Source of the DNA: an uncultured delta proteobacterium
GTDB taxonomy: Bacteria > Desulfobacterota > Syntrophia > Syntrophales > UBA2185
NCBI GenBank assembly: GCA_963695875.1
Contig: CAVOID010000011.1
Span: 1-64,000, forward strand
Reading direction: 5' to 3'
Length of the DNA stretch: 64,000 bases
The position numbers and the translations under genes were made by a program. Positions 10,677 to 20,757 of the stretch are shown here, one piece after another. The notes under the pieces were generated by a model. It was not told where the DNA came from, made no database searches, and saw only the letters and a program-made list of their open reading frames with translations. Each line of letters opens with the position of its first letter. Positions within the stretch are counted from its first letter, which is position 1.

Positions 10677-13600
10677 TTATGCGTAAGCGCACTTCATCCA
10701 ATAACCAGAAAAAGGCTATACTGCTGATTGGCTCCGGTTACGGCGCCTTAAAGGTAGCGCAGGACCTCTCACAATCCGGCCTGCCGCTGGTCTGGGTTAC
10801 CAAGGCCGTTCACTTTCTGGAACTGCCTGGTGGTGTGGAACACTTTACCGAATGGCCTGAGGATTTGGACTTCCAGTTCCGCCCCCTCTACCTTCAGGTT
10901 ACACGCCATCCGCTGGTGACAGCCATGACGCATGCAAGGGTTGAAGCCATCAAACGCGGCCCCGATGGTTATAGGGCTGTCATCGTTCAGGATCCCATGT
11001 ATGTGGACTACGATCTTTGCACAGGTTGTGGGCGCTGTATGGAGGTCTGTCCACTTAATGATAAGGTCCATCCTCCTCTGAGAAGAACTCCGGCCTACTG
11101 CCCTTCACGGGCTCTGGATTTAGAAAAGCGCAAGCTCTCTCCCTGCCGGACGAGTTGCCCTCTGGGCGTGAATGTTCAGGCTTATATGGCGCTGACCGCA
11201 GCTTCCAGATTCGAAGAGGCCCTCAATATCATCCGGGAAGACAATCCCCTGCCGGGCATCTGCGGGCGCGTCTGTCACCACCCGTGCGAGGACGCCTGCC
11301 GCCGCGGCTCTCTGGATGAGGCAGTGGCCATCTGCAGTGTCAAGCGTTTTCTTGCCGATCAGGAAATGGCTAAGGGCCGGCCTAAGCTGCCTGGTGCTAA
11401 AAAATCTGTAAGGCCGGAAAAAGTGGCGATAGTAGGAGGCGGCCCGGCCGGTCTTGCTGCTGCCTATTTCCTCAATAGGGAGGGTTTCAGTGTAACGGTA
11501 TTCGAGGCTCATCAAGAGGCCGGAGGAATACTGCGCATCGGAATCAATGCCTTCAGGCTTCCCCGTTCCGTATTGGATGCGGAGATACAGGCAATTGCTG
11601 ATGCCGGTGTGAAGATTCGAACAAATATAAAGGTCCACTCCGTCAAAGACTTTTTTGGCAAGGGATTCCGGGCTGTGCTCGTGTGCACTGGGGCTCACCG
11701 GGACCTTCGGCTTAATATACCCGGTGAAGATACAAACGGTGTCTTTGGCGCTCTTGAGATGTTGAAAAACCTTAATACAGGCAGAGATCCGAACGTTCAT
11801 GGGCATGTTGTCGTCATTGGCGGCGGGAACTCTGCAATCGACGCCGCCCGTTCCGCCGTGCGGCTGGGAGCCAAGACAGTTACCATCTGCTACCGACGGA
11901 AGCGCAAAGATATGCCGGCTCACGACTCCGAGATCAAGGCAGCCACGCAAGAAGGGGTAAAGATTGAATATCTCGTGGCGCCAGTCCGTATTGCCGAGCG
12001 GAAAGGAAAAGTGTTCGGCCTCAAAATGGTCCGCATGAAACTCGGCGCCCTCGATGAAAGCGGACGGAGAAAACCGGAACCGGTTGCGGGTTCGGATTTT
12101 TTCCGACATGCCGATACTGTTATTGTTGCCACTGGGCAGCAGTCCCACCTTGAGGAAGAAGGACTGGGCGGTCAATTTTTTCTGGGGCGGAGCGGACGGG
12201 TTAATGTTGACGAAAGGCTTTCTACATCGCAGCAGGGTGTTTTTGCCGCCGGTGATGCGGTTACAGGACCTGATACCGTCGTAGGTTCCATGGCTCAGGG
12301 ACGGCAGGCTGCGGCCAGGGTTGTCGAATATCTTACAGGGGTGTCTCCCCCGTGGGGCCTTCGTCCGGATGAGTCAAGAGGTGCGGGGGAACACGTGGAG
12401 ATTTCCGAGGACACGCCGCGCCGATGGCGGCCGGAGGTGTCCCTGAGAAAGCCAAAGGTAAGAAGACGGGACTTCGACGAGGTGGGACTTGGCTTCACCA
12501 TGGAACAGGCGATTGCAGAAGCATCGCGCTGTACTCAGTGCAGCTCCTGCTGTGAATGCCGCCTCTGCGAAAGTGTATGCAGTGAAATCGGAGCTATTGA
12601 TCATTTCAGGAACCCGCAGATCATGACCATATCAAGTCCCACAGTAATCGTTGCGAGCGATGAAGAGGTAGCCCACCTGGATTTGGCAGATCAAGATGGT
12701 GTCTATCATGTGGGAGACTTCCGGAATTCTACCGACATCGTGAATGTATTGATAGCCGGCAGCGCATCGGCCGGCCAGGCCATGGCGGAATGTGCGCCGC
12801 TAAGGATCACCGGTCCTCCCGGCCAGCCGATGTCCGTTGAACTCGATCAGGACTTACGTTTCGGTGTGTTCATCTGTACCTGCAATGAAACCCTGGCGCC
12901 GGCGCGCACCCTCGAGCGCATAAGGGAAATGGGACGACAGATGCCCGGAGTGATACACAGTGAACTGATCTTTTCAGCCTGCCATCCCCGTGGGGCCGAC
13001 CGGATTGCCGCGGTTGTACGAAGGCACAAGCTAAACAGGGTCGTGCTGGCATCCTGCGTGTGCTGTCCCCTGGAGTTCCAGTGTATCTCGTGTAATGATC
13101 AGCGAAACCGCGCCCGTATCCATCTGTTTGACAGGCTTGGCCTCGACAGGTGCCGGTTCGAAACGATTAACATCAAGGATCATCTTGGCACCGCCGATCC
13201 GTCTGAGGATATGCTCGTAGCTAGAATGCGCGATTTCCTGAAGGAGGCCTTCATCCGGGCCCGGTTCATGGGGCCCCTCCGCCAGAGTGTTACAAAGATC
13301 GGAAACCGGATCCTGATTCTGGGGGGGTCTGAAGTGGGCTTAAGCTGTGCCCTTAATCTGAACATGCAGGGGTTCAAAGTGCGCCTGGTTCATCGATGCA
13401 GTCTGAAAGATGACCGTGATCTGCCGAAAGAAATTCGGGGAAGACCTATAAGCCGCATTGCAGGCGAGTTCATCACACACGTTGACGAAGCCGTCATTGA
13501 GGGGATCAAAGGTCACTTGGGTGATTTTACCGTGACGTTCCGCAGGGATGGCGTCCGCAAGCATTTTCATGCGGATATTGTGTGCCTTGCCGACCTGAAT

Positions 13601-14050
13601 GTCCTAGCTCTGGCCATTCCCGAGGGGATGTTCGGCCTCAAGAAGTTTTACCGTTACAACTTCAAATTCTTCCATAGCCCTCAGATCGGCGTGTACAGAG
13701 TGATGCCCAGAACGCTCAAGAGAGTGACGGCCTTCCAGGCAGGGGCTGCCCTGGCGTCACATGTGGCAACGACGGCGGCCGAAGCCTTTCTGAAAGATCA
13801 TGAGCTCAGCCCCAGGGTCAATAAGGAGCGATGCCGCGGTTGCGGACGCTGTGTCGAGATCTGTCCTTTCGATGCAGTGACGCTGGTTGCCAATGAGCGC
13901 GGCTTTTATACGGCGCAGGTGCTGCGCTACAACTGTGTCGGATGCGGCGGCTGCGTGGGACGCTGCCCCGTGACGGCCATGGATATGCCGTACTTTACCA
14001 ATTGCCTCCTCGAAGAGATCGTGGCAGGAACACTGGCCGGAGAGAAATGA
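10673..14050 (+). CDS. HdrL-like multidomain flavo-iron-sulfur protein (HdrA-like scaffold with inserted GltD/NfnB-like NAD(P)H module)
   Basis: HdrA-like segments (YVDYDLCTGCGRCMEVCP; GVFICTC; VVLASC) flank a GltD-like module (PCRTSCP, CGRVCHHPCE, GGGPAG, GGGNSA, YRR, AGD); C-terminal 2x[4Fe-4S]. Confidence 0.75.
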   Translation: MIMRKRTSSNNQKKAILLIGSGYGALKVAQDLSQSGLPLVWVTKAVHFLELPGGVEHFTEWPEDLDFQFRPLYLQVTRHPLVTAMTHARVEAIKRGPDGYRAVIVQDPMYVDYDLCTGCGRCMEVCPLNDKVHPPLRRTPAYCPSRALDLEKRKLSPCRTSCPLGVNVQAYMALTAASRFEEALNIIREDNPLPGICGRVCHHPCEDACRRGSLDEAVAICSVKRFLADQEMAKGRPKLPGAKKSVRPEKVAIVGGGPAGLAAAYFLNREGFSVTVFEAHQEAGGILRIGINAFRLPRSVLDAEIQAIADAGVKIRTNIKVHSVKDFFGKGFRAVLVCTGAHRDLRLNIPGEDTNGVFGALEMLKNLNTGRDPNVHGHVVVIGGGNSAIDAARSAVRLGAKTVTICYRRKRKDMPAHDSEIKAATQEGVKIEYLVAPVRIAERKGKVFGLKMVRMKLGALDESGRRKPEPVAGSDFFRHADTVIVATGQQSHLEEEGLGGQFFLGRSGRVNVDERLSTSQQGVFAAGDAVTGPDTVVGSMAQGRQAAARVVEYLTGVSPPWGLRPDESRGAGEHVEISEDTPRRWRPEVSLRKPKVRRRDFDEVGLGFTMEQAIAEASRCTQCSSCCECRLCESVCSEIGAIDHFRNPQIMTISSPTVIVASDEEVAHLDLADQDGVYHVGDFRNSTDIVNVLIAGSASAGQAMAECAPLRITGPPGQPMSVELDQDLRFGVFICTCNETLAPARTLERIREMGRQMPGVIHSELIFSACHPRGADRIAAVVRRHKLNRVVLASCVCCPLEFQCISCNDQRNRARIHLFDRLGLDRCRFETINIKDHLGTADPSEDMLVARMRDFLKEAFIRARFMGPLRQSVTKIGNRILILGGSEVGLSCALNLNMQGFKVRLVHRCSLKDDRDLPKEIRGRPISRIAGEFITHVDEAVIEGIKGHLGDFTVTFRRDGVRKHFHADIVCLADLNVLALAIPEGMFGLKKFYRYNFKFFHSPQIGVYRVMPRTLKRVTAFQAGAALASHVATTAAEAFLKDHELSPRVNKERCRGCGRCVEICPFDAVTLVANERGFYTAQVLRYNCVGCGGCVGRCPVTAMDMPYFTNCLLEEIVAGTLAGEK

Positions 14051-14051
14051 C

Positions 14052-14483
14052 GTGGAACAGGTCCGCATTCTGGGGATATGCTGTAACTGGAGCCCTTTCG
14101 CCTGCTATAATGCGGCCGGGATGACAGGAATGAAAATGCCGCCGAACTTCCAGCTGGTGCGGGTAATGTGTATCGGCCGCATCAATCAGGCCCTGATCCT
14201 CAGGTCCTTTGAGTTCGGGGCGGATGGTGTAATCCTCCTGGAGTGCAAGGATGAGGACTGCCGTTATGGTCCGGGCCCGGAGGTGGGGCATGAGAACGTA
14301 CACCGCGTCCGCAGGATCCTTCACCTCCTAGGCATTCGTCAGGAGCGGTTAGTGGAGTGCACTTTCGGCGCCCATGATAAAGATGAGCTGGTCCGGACCC
14401 TGTGGAAGTTCACAGAGGACATAAAGGCGTTGGGCCCCTTTATGGAAGAAAACAACAGGAAAATGGAGGAGTTGAAGAGGTGA
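14052..14483 (+). CDS. mvhD: MvhD-like [2Fe-2S] subunit
   Basis: CCNW, VRVMCIGRI, GADGVILLECKDEDCRY. Confidence 0.82.
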   Translation: MEQVRILGICCNWSPFACYNAAGMTGMKMPPNFQLVRVMCIGRINQALILRSFEFGADGVILLECKDEDCRYGPGPEVGHENVHRVRRILHLLGIRQERLVECTFGAHDKDELVRTLWKFTEDIKALGPFMEENNRKMEELKR

Positions 14484-15643
14484 ACGACCCGAGAATCGAC
14501 AAGATGATTGTGGACATGTCGCTTTATCAGTGCCTGGAATGCGGCAAGTGCACAGCATCGTGTCCGCGAAGGCTTTCGGGCAAGGAATATTCCCCCCGGC
14601 TTCTGGCGCATAAGGTGATTGTTGAGCGGGAAGACGAAGCCTACATCGAAAATGCAGTCTGGGAATGTCTGACCTGCGGCATGTGTCGTGAACGCTGTCC
14701 TTCAGGTGTCGATTTCAACAATTTCATTCTGGAGATGCGTACTCTCCTGGCTGAAACAAAAAGCCTGAAGGGTTACCGGGCACATGACGGTGCCATCCAT
14801 TCCTGGATGCGGATGATGACCTCTCCGGGTCTCGAGCAGAACCGTCTCGACTGGCTGGATCCGGGCATTCAGGTCGCTTCGTCCGGTGACATAGCATTCT
14901 TCACGGGATGTGCACCCTATTTCAATGTCTTCTTTGCCGGCATCGATGTTGATACACTCTCCATTGCAAGAGACAGCATAAGGCTGTTGAACTTCCTCGA
15001 CATCAAGCCGGTCCTTTTGCCGAACGAGCGGTGTTGTGGTCACGACCTGCTGTGGTCGGGGGATACAGAAAACTTTAAAGCCCTCTGCAGGTTGAACTAT
15101 GCCACCTTCAAGGAGGCAGGGGTCAAGGAGATCATCGTTACGTGTCCGGAGTGCTTTCACGTCCTTAGTGAACAAATGCCGCGGATCATACCCGGATTTG
15201 ATGTGAAAGTCACACTGCTTCTGGATCTTCTGCAGAGGGAAATGCGTATTGGCGGAATAGCCTTTCGACCGCTGAAAATGAAGGCAACGTTCCAGGATCC
15301 ATGCAGGCTGGGGCGTATGCTGAACCGCTATTCCGGTCCCAGGGAATTGCTCGGCCTTATTCCGGAAGTGGAGCTTCTGGAGATGGAAAAATCAGGCAGG
15401 AGTGCAACTTGTTGCGGAAACTGCGGCTTCATCAATTGCGATGCCTATTCCAAGCAGATTCAGGTGCAGAGGCTTCAGGAGGCCCGGGCGACCGGCGCCG
15501 ACCTTCTCGTTACCGCGTGTCCCAAATGCATGATTCACCTTACCTGCACCATCAGGGATCCGCTGAGGCATGGCAAAAAAATAAAAATGGAGATAAGGGA
15601 TCTGGTATCTGTCCTTGCCGACCAGATCGAGTATAGCGGGTAG
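14480..15643 (+). CDS. HdrD-like (Fe-S)-binding CCG-domain oxidoreductase
   Basis: CLECGKCTASCP, CLTCGMCRERCP, two CCG domains (CCGH..CPEC; DPCRLGR..CCGN..ACPKC); GTG start with GGAGG RBS overlapping the mvhD stop. Confidence 0.85.
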   Translation: MNDPRIDKMIVDMSLYQCLECGKCTASCPRRLSGKEYSPRLLAHKVIVEREDEAYIENAVWECLTCGMCRERCPSGVDFNNFILEMRTLLAETKSLKGYRAHDGAIHSWMRMMTSPGLEQNRLDWLDPGIQVASSGDIAFFTGCAPYFNVFFAGIDVDTLSIARDSIRLLNFLDIKPVLLPNERCCGHDLLWSGDTENFKALCRLNYATFKEAGVKEIIVTCPECFHVLSEQMPRIIPGFDVKVTLLLDLLQREMRIGGIAFRPLKMKATFQDPCRLGRMLNRYSGPRELLGLIPEVELLEMEKSGRSATCCGNCGFINCDAYSKQIQVQRLQEARATGADLLVTACPKCMIHLTCTIRDPLRHGKKIKMEIRDLVSVLADQIEYSG

Positions 15644-15727
15644 GATAGGAAAAACAATTAATTCAGCAGGGCAGGCGTTTTGTCTGTTCTGTCGGTGAGG
15701 ATAAGTTATTTCTTAAGAAGGAGAGGA

Positions 15728-18145
15728 ATGAAGGATATAGAAGCAAGCGAGAATGTCAGAATCGGTGTTTATGTATGCCAGTGCGGATCGAACATCGCCG
15801 GTGTGGTAGATTGCGCCGTCGTAGCGAAGTATGCGGAAAAATTGCCGGGCGTGGTGATTTGCCGCAATCAGGGCTATACATGCTCCGAGCCGGGTCAGAA
15901 CCAGATCAAGAGCGATATCAGGGAATACGGTCTTAACCGGGTAGTGGTTGCATCGTGCTCACCGCGGCTCCATGAGGCGACATTCCGGCAGTGTGTCAGC
16001 AAGGCGGGACTCAATCCCTACTTGTTGGAGATGGCAAACATCCGCGAACAATGCTCGTGGGTTCACAGCCATGACGCTAGGGAAGCTACAGCCAAGGCCA
16101 GGGACCTGGTACGCTCGGCCGTGGCGCGCGTGCGCCTGCTCAACGCACAAACGGAAATGGATGTCCAGGTTACTCCGGCAACTTTGGTTGTAGGAGGCGG
16201 TGTGGCTGGTATCCAGGCCGCCCTCGATCTTGCGGATGCAGGGTACAAGGTAATACTCGTCGAGAAACAGCCCAGCATCGGTGGTATCATGGCCAGATTG
16301 GACAAGACGTTTCCCACCATGGACTGTTCCATCTGAATACTCGGGCCGAAGATGACGGATGCCGGTCGGCATCCCAACATTACGCTGCTGACGATGAGTG
16401 AAGTCAAGGAGATCACGGGCTTCGTGGGGAACTTCCACGTACGCATCCTGAAAAGGGCGAGGTACGTGAATGAGAAGGAGTGCACGGCCTGCGGGGATTG
16501 CGTCCCTGTGTGTCCGGTGATCGTTCCCGATGAGTTCAACATGGGCCTGAGCTCCCGGAGGGCCATCTATTCGCCGTTTCCCCAGGCAGTCCCTTCAGCC
16601 TTTGCCGTGGATATTACCAAGTGCCTCGGCCATAATCCCATAATTTGCGGGAAATGCATTGAGGCGTGCAAGAAGCGTTGCATTGACTTCGATATGAATG
16701 ATGAGGAACTGGAATTCGACGTAGGTACGATCATCGTAGCCACGGGGATGGAAACCTATGATCCACGCATCCTCGATGAGTACGGATACGCACGCTTTGA
16801 GAACGTGCTTACGAGTATGGAGCTGGAGCGCATGATCAATGCCGGCGGACCCACCGGCGGCAAGGTCATCCGCCTGACGGATGGTAAGCCCCCTAAATCC
16901 GTTGCCTTCATCCAGTGTGTGGGCTCCCGTTCACTGAGGCGGGGACGGCCTTACTGCTCTAACATATGCTGCATGAATACGGTGAAGAGCACGATCATGC
17001 TGAAAGAGCATTATCCGGACATGGAGATCAAGGTATTTTATATCGATATCCGGGCTTTCGGCAAGGGGTTCGAAGACCTGTTCCGGAGGAGTAAAGGTAT
17101 GGGTGTCCGCTACATTCGGGGCCTTCCGGGTGACATAAAGCAGGATACCTCAAGCGGGAACCTGATACTGACAGTGGAAAACACGGCAACGAATAAGCTG
17201 GATACCCATCGTGCTGAAATGGTCGTCCTTGCCGTTGGACTTGAACCGACTTCGGACATGAAGGTGATACAGGAGATGCTGGCCCTGCAGACGACATCGG
17301 ATGGCTTTTATCTTGAGGCCCATCCTAAGCTGCAGCCCGTAGACTCGGCTACCCGTGGGATCTTCTTTGCCGGTTGTGCCGAAGGGCCCAAGGACATAAA
17401 AGATTCGGTTACCCAGGCGTCTGCTGCCGTTGCCAGGGCCATGCGTCTCATGAATCCCGGTACGCTCACAGTGGAGGCGATCACTGCGGAGGTGGATCCG
17501 GAACTCTGCACCTCTTGCGGCTTGTGTGCAAAGGTATGCCCGTATCATGCCATGAGCGTGGATACAAAGGCAAAGACGGCAGCAGAGGTTGTTGAAGCGG
17601 CATGCGCGGGCTGCGGAACTTGCGCCGCGGAATGCCCTGTGCTCGCCATTTCAATGAATCACTTCACCGACGCGCAGATCGAGGCGCAGATCGATGCTAT
17701 TCTGGAGAAAGACGCAGCCAAACGAATCCTTGTCTTCGCATGCAACTGGTGTTCCTATGCGGGCGCAGACTTCGCCGGCGTCTCACGGCTCCACTACCCG
17801 CCGAATACCCGCCTGATACGGACCATGTGCTCGGGCAGGGTGCATGAAAAGTTTATCTGGCGTGCCTTCGAAAGGGGGGCTCCGGCAGTCCTTGTTTCCG
17901 GGTGCCATATCGGCGATTGCCATTATATCAATGCCAATCAATGGACGGAACGGCGCGTGAAAAGGATATGGAAGAAGATGGAAAAGCTGGGACTGCGCAC
18001 TCAAAGGCTGGGGCTGGAGTGGATCAGCGCCGCGGAAGGCCTTCGCTTCCAGCAGGTCATGGAGCGCATGGAACAGATCAGGAAAAGCGTCACTCCCGGG
18101 GAAATCGCCGATAGCGTGCGCATCCTCAAGAAGAAAACGACTTAA
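15728..18145 (+). CDS. hdrA: selenocysteine-containing HdrA fused to a C-terminal MvhD (UGA read-through at 16334-16336)
   Basis: ORFs 15680-16336 and 16352-18145 share a frame and are joined by [17 protein letters not shown], the conserved Cys position; GGGVAG, QCVGSR, CSNICC, HPKL; C-terminal [19 protein letters not shown]. Confidence 0.9.
16357..16374 (+). promoter_or_regulatory. bacterial SECIS hairpin of hdrA
   Basis: GGATGCC-GGTC-GGCATCC: 7-bp stem with a G-led loop 27 nt after the UGA. Confidence 0.75.
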
Positions 18146-18174
18146 TGAAGAGAATAAGGTAGGAACAGATGTCC

Positions 18175-19209
18175 CTATATTGGGGCGCCGGCAAGAATGA
18201 AAGCCCTGCGGGTAAGATCTTCCGGAATGAGTTCTCTTTTCATCTGGCTGGTAAGCTCCGACACCCCAAGCCATTGCCCTGAAGCAGCAATGACAGGTTC
18301 AAGACTACCATTGTCATTTACAACGGCAACTCCGCCGGAAGCCCAGAACATGAGCCTGGAGCCGGCGTTTCCCCTCACTTTCTCGCCGCGCCCGAATACG
18401 ACAATCCGTTCCCTGACTTGGACATCTCTGTAAAAGGTGTAATCCGCACGAACAGTCACTGCGCCACTGGCGGAAATCATGAAACCACTCCATCCCATCA
18501 CCTCATCTAAGAAAGCGAGGAAGGCGACGGGATGAATGATATTATCTCTTTGGAAAAGATAAAAGGATTCACTGTCCCAGCCATCAAATCCCGCGGTGGA
18601 AACAATTATTTTCCCTGGCTGGTTTGTGTTTAAAAGGTAAAAACGCCTTCTAAGGCCGGGATGAGAGCGTTCAATACCGCAAACAAAGCAACTTTTATAA
18701 TAAGGTAGCGGAAAAAGCTTATTCTCTAAATCTGAAAAATTCCCCAGCATATATGTAATGAAATGATCTTTCTTGGAAAGTTCGTTATTTCTGAATCTAA
18801 TTGAAGCCGAGACATACGGGGCGGCCTCCTGATTAACCATGATTGTTCCCCCCCCGCCACCCTCTCCGGGAGAAACTTTTACATGTACCTTATCTCCTGT
18901 CAGTACACGTGATCCTCCCATACGAAAGTCTGCCGATAAGGGGTAAAGAAGCTCACTGGTTGCCGGATAGTTATCAAGCATCATGACAAGTTCCATGATC
19001 GCTCCCATACCTATGCCCCCATGGGGAATCCCAATCCATCCTTCAGTCCGCGAATCCATCAAAAGGTTAGATTCGATGCATCTGTCGCTATGATGAATGT
19101 CGGAGTCGCCAAACAGGAAATTCCTTACAAAATTCCGTGAATCCTTGTCATATCGGGAACCGAAAACTCCAGGTGAATGTTGAGACACTGTCTTTCTCAA
19201 TACCTCCAT
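18175..19209 (-). CDS. putative tandem hotdog-fold (PaaI-like thioesterase) protein
   Basis: GWIGIPHGG in the first half; SCFVCG..PGL and LDEVMGW..AVTV in the second half. Confidence 0.55.
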   Translation of the reverse strand: MEVLRKTVSQHSPGVFGSRYDKDSRNFVRNFLFGDSDIHHSDRCIESNLLMDSRTEGWIGIPHGGIGMGAIMELVMMLDNYPATSELLYPLSADFRMGGSRVLTGDKVHVKVSPGEGGGGGTIMVNQEAAPYVSASIRFRNNELSKKDHFITYMLGNFSDLENKLFPLPYYKSCFVCGIERSHPGLRRRFYLLNTNQPGKIIVSTAGFDGWDSESFYLFQRDNIIHPVAFLAFLDEVMGWSGFMISASGAVTVRADYTFYRDVQVRERIVVFGRGEKVRGNAGSRLMFWASGGVAVVNDNGSLEPVIAASGQWLGVSELTSQMKRELIPEDLTRRAFILAGAPI

Positions 19210-19448
19210 ATTTCTTTATTAGAACCATGATTGTTAATCATATATATGGGTTATTTGAAATCAACAGAAAAAAGTATGGCGAAGATTGATGACCCATTTA
19301 TTCTTAAAGTTTTACAAAAAAATTTCCGATATACAGAATATAACTCTGTTTATAAATATAATTGAAAACCGCTAAAAAAATAAGGAATTAGAGGAAGATA
19401 ATTATCAGACCCACAATATCAGAAAGTGCAGTCGAGACCTATCCAATA

Positions 19449-20285
19449 ATGAAAATAGCAGCATCTATAAAGAAGAGATTCCATACGGGACTCGCAAGGT
19501 CGTTTCTTTGCATGATAATCGGTATGTTCACTTTACCATCATTTGTGTATGCCGCAGAGGCTATGCAGACATACGACAGGCAGTCTATCCGATACCCTTC
19601 CATGAATACAGGGCAGATCTGGGCTAAGATAGGGGGGAACTCGTCCCCCAACCCCGATATGGGGGCAGGAAAGATCTCGACTAAGGTTGCAGGAAATTCA
19701 TCCCCTGACCTCAATGCGGAAACGGGAAAGGCCTCGACTAAGACCGAGGGGGATTCATCTTCAAACCCCGGTGCGGATACGAAGCAGGTCTCGACTAAAA
19801 ATGAAGGAAACTCATCTCCCAACCTCAATCGGGAATCAAAAATCCTGAACAATGAAACCAGCCAGGGCACTGAAATAAAAAAAAGGCTGAAGAAAAAAAG
19901 CTCACGAAAGGTACGGGCGCAAAATAACAATGGAAGCCAAACAGTAACTGTAAATAACAATCCGTCACGACTGAAAACAGATGATAAAGAAAATCAAAAG
20001 ACGTCCGTTAACAAACCGGTCCAGCCGAAAAAGATACTCCTGGCGGATGGAAAGAAAGCGGAAATGCCCAAGGCTGATCAACCTGTGAAAAATTGGCATC
20101 ATAAGCAGGAACTTTATGATATAGACTGCGGCGAAAAACTGGCAAGGGTTGTCGTCACATATTATTTTAATAAAAGAGAAATGCTTTTAAAATCAAGTCA
20201 AACCCCTGATGCGGAATGGTACCATATCTACCCCGGGTCATTTGAAGAACAACTCTATACCGAAATCTGTAATCCCCATTGGTAA
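19449..20285 (+). CDS. exported protein with 19-aa repeats and a C-terminal surface-adhesin-E-like domain
   Basis: signal-like N-terminus ending VYA; C-terminal IDC...WYHIYPGS..E.LY..IC pattern. Confidence 0.5.
   Translation: MKIAASIKKRFHTGLARSFLCMIIGMFTLPSFVYAAEAMQTYDRQSIRYPSMNTGQIWAKIGGNSSPNPDMGAGKISTKVAGNSSPDLNAETGKASTKTEGDSSSNPGADTKQVSTKNEGNSSPNLNRESKILNNETSQGTEIKKRLKKKSSRKVRAQNNNGSQTVTVNNNPSRLKTDDKENQKTSVNKPVQPKKILLADGKKAEMPKADQPVKNWHHKQELYDIDCGEKLARVVVTYYFNKREMLLKSSQTPDAEWYHIYPGSFEEQLYTEICNPHW
19605..19832 (+). repeat. 4 x 57-bp intragenic tandem repeat
   Basis: TCGACTAA at 19677, 19734 and 19791 (57-bp period); unit xxGKxSTKxxGNSSPNxxx. Confidence 0.85.
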
Positions 20286-20346
20286 CAGACAACATTACCC
20301 CACCTGATATGTCCTGACCGGGAAGCAAACTGCCATTGACTTCAAT

Positions 20347-20610
20347 CTATTCAAATCTTTCTAATAATTCTCTTAAAGCAGGTCGAATATAGACGTCATC
20401 GAGATCAAAATTTTTCAGGGCCTTAACCAGTGCTCGAATTTTATCTTTTGTGGTTGTCTTGGAATTGACAATGATGAAGCATTCTCCTTTCAATCGACAG
20501 AGACCACCCGTGCTCGTTAACTCTTCTTCGACGATTTTGTCATACCGTATTTGTATTCCGAGCTTGTCAGCCAATCCCTCAAGTTGACTTAAGGCGGTGT
20601 GATCATCCAT
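20347..20610 (-). CDS. conserved hypothetical protein
   Basis: 87-aa ORF, LGIQIRY..GGLCRLKG..LDDVYIRPALRELLE. Confidence 0.6.
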   Translation of the reverse strand: MDDHTALSQLEGLADKLGIQIRYDKIVEEELTSTGGLCRLKGECFIIVNSKTTTKDKIRALVKALKNFDLDDVYIRPALRELLERFE

Positions 20611-20757
20611 AAGAGATTCTCATAATTCTATTGGGTACTGTTGATCTGCACCGCATACTATCATAATTTAACCCGGAGTTCTGTCATTTTTGTTTATCAG
20701 CGCGGAGTGGTTTTCGTTTTTGAGCAGGTAATCATTCAACTGAATGTCGCAAAGCCC

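Noticed and set aside
7606..18145. Class II benzoyl-CoA reductase (Bam) or Flx-Hdr cluster
   Set aside because: No BamB-like tungsten subunit, no NuoEFG-like or FlxA-like genes, and no separate HdrB/HdrC.
19605..19832. Regularly spaced repeats as a CRISPR array
   Set aside because: Degenerate, in-frame 57-bp coding repeats with no unique spacers and no cas genes; no CRISPR array was seen in the window.
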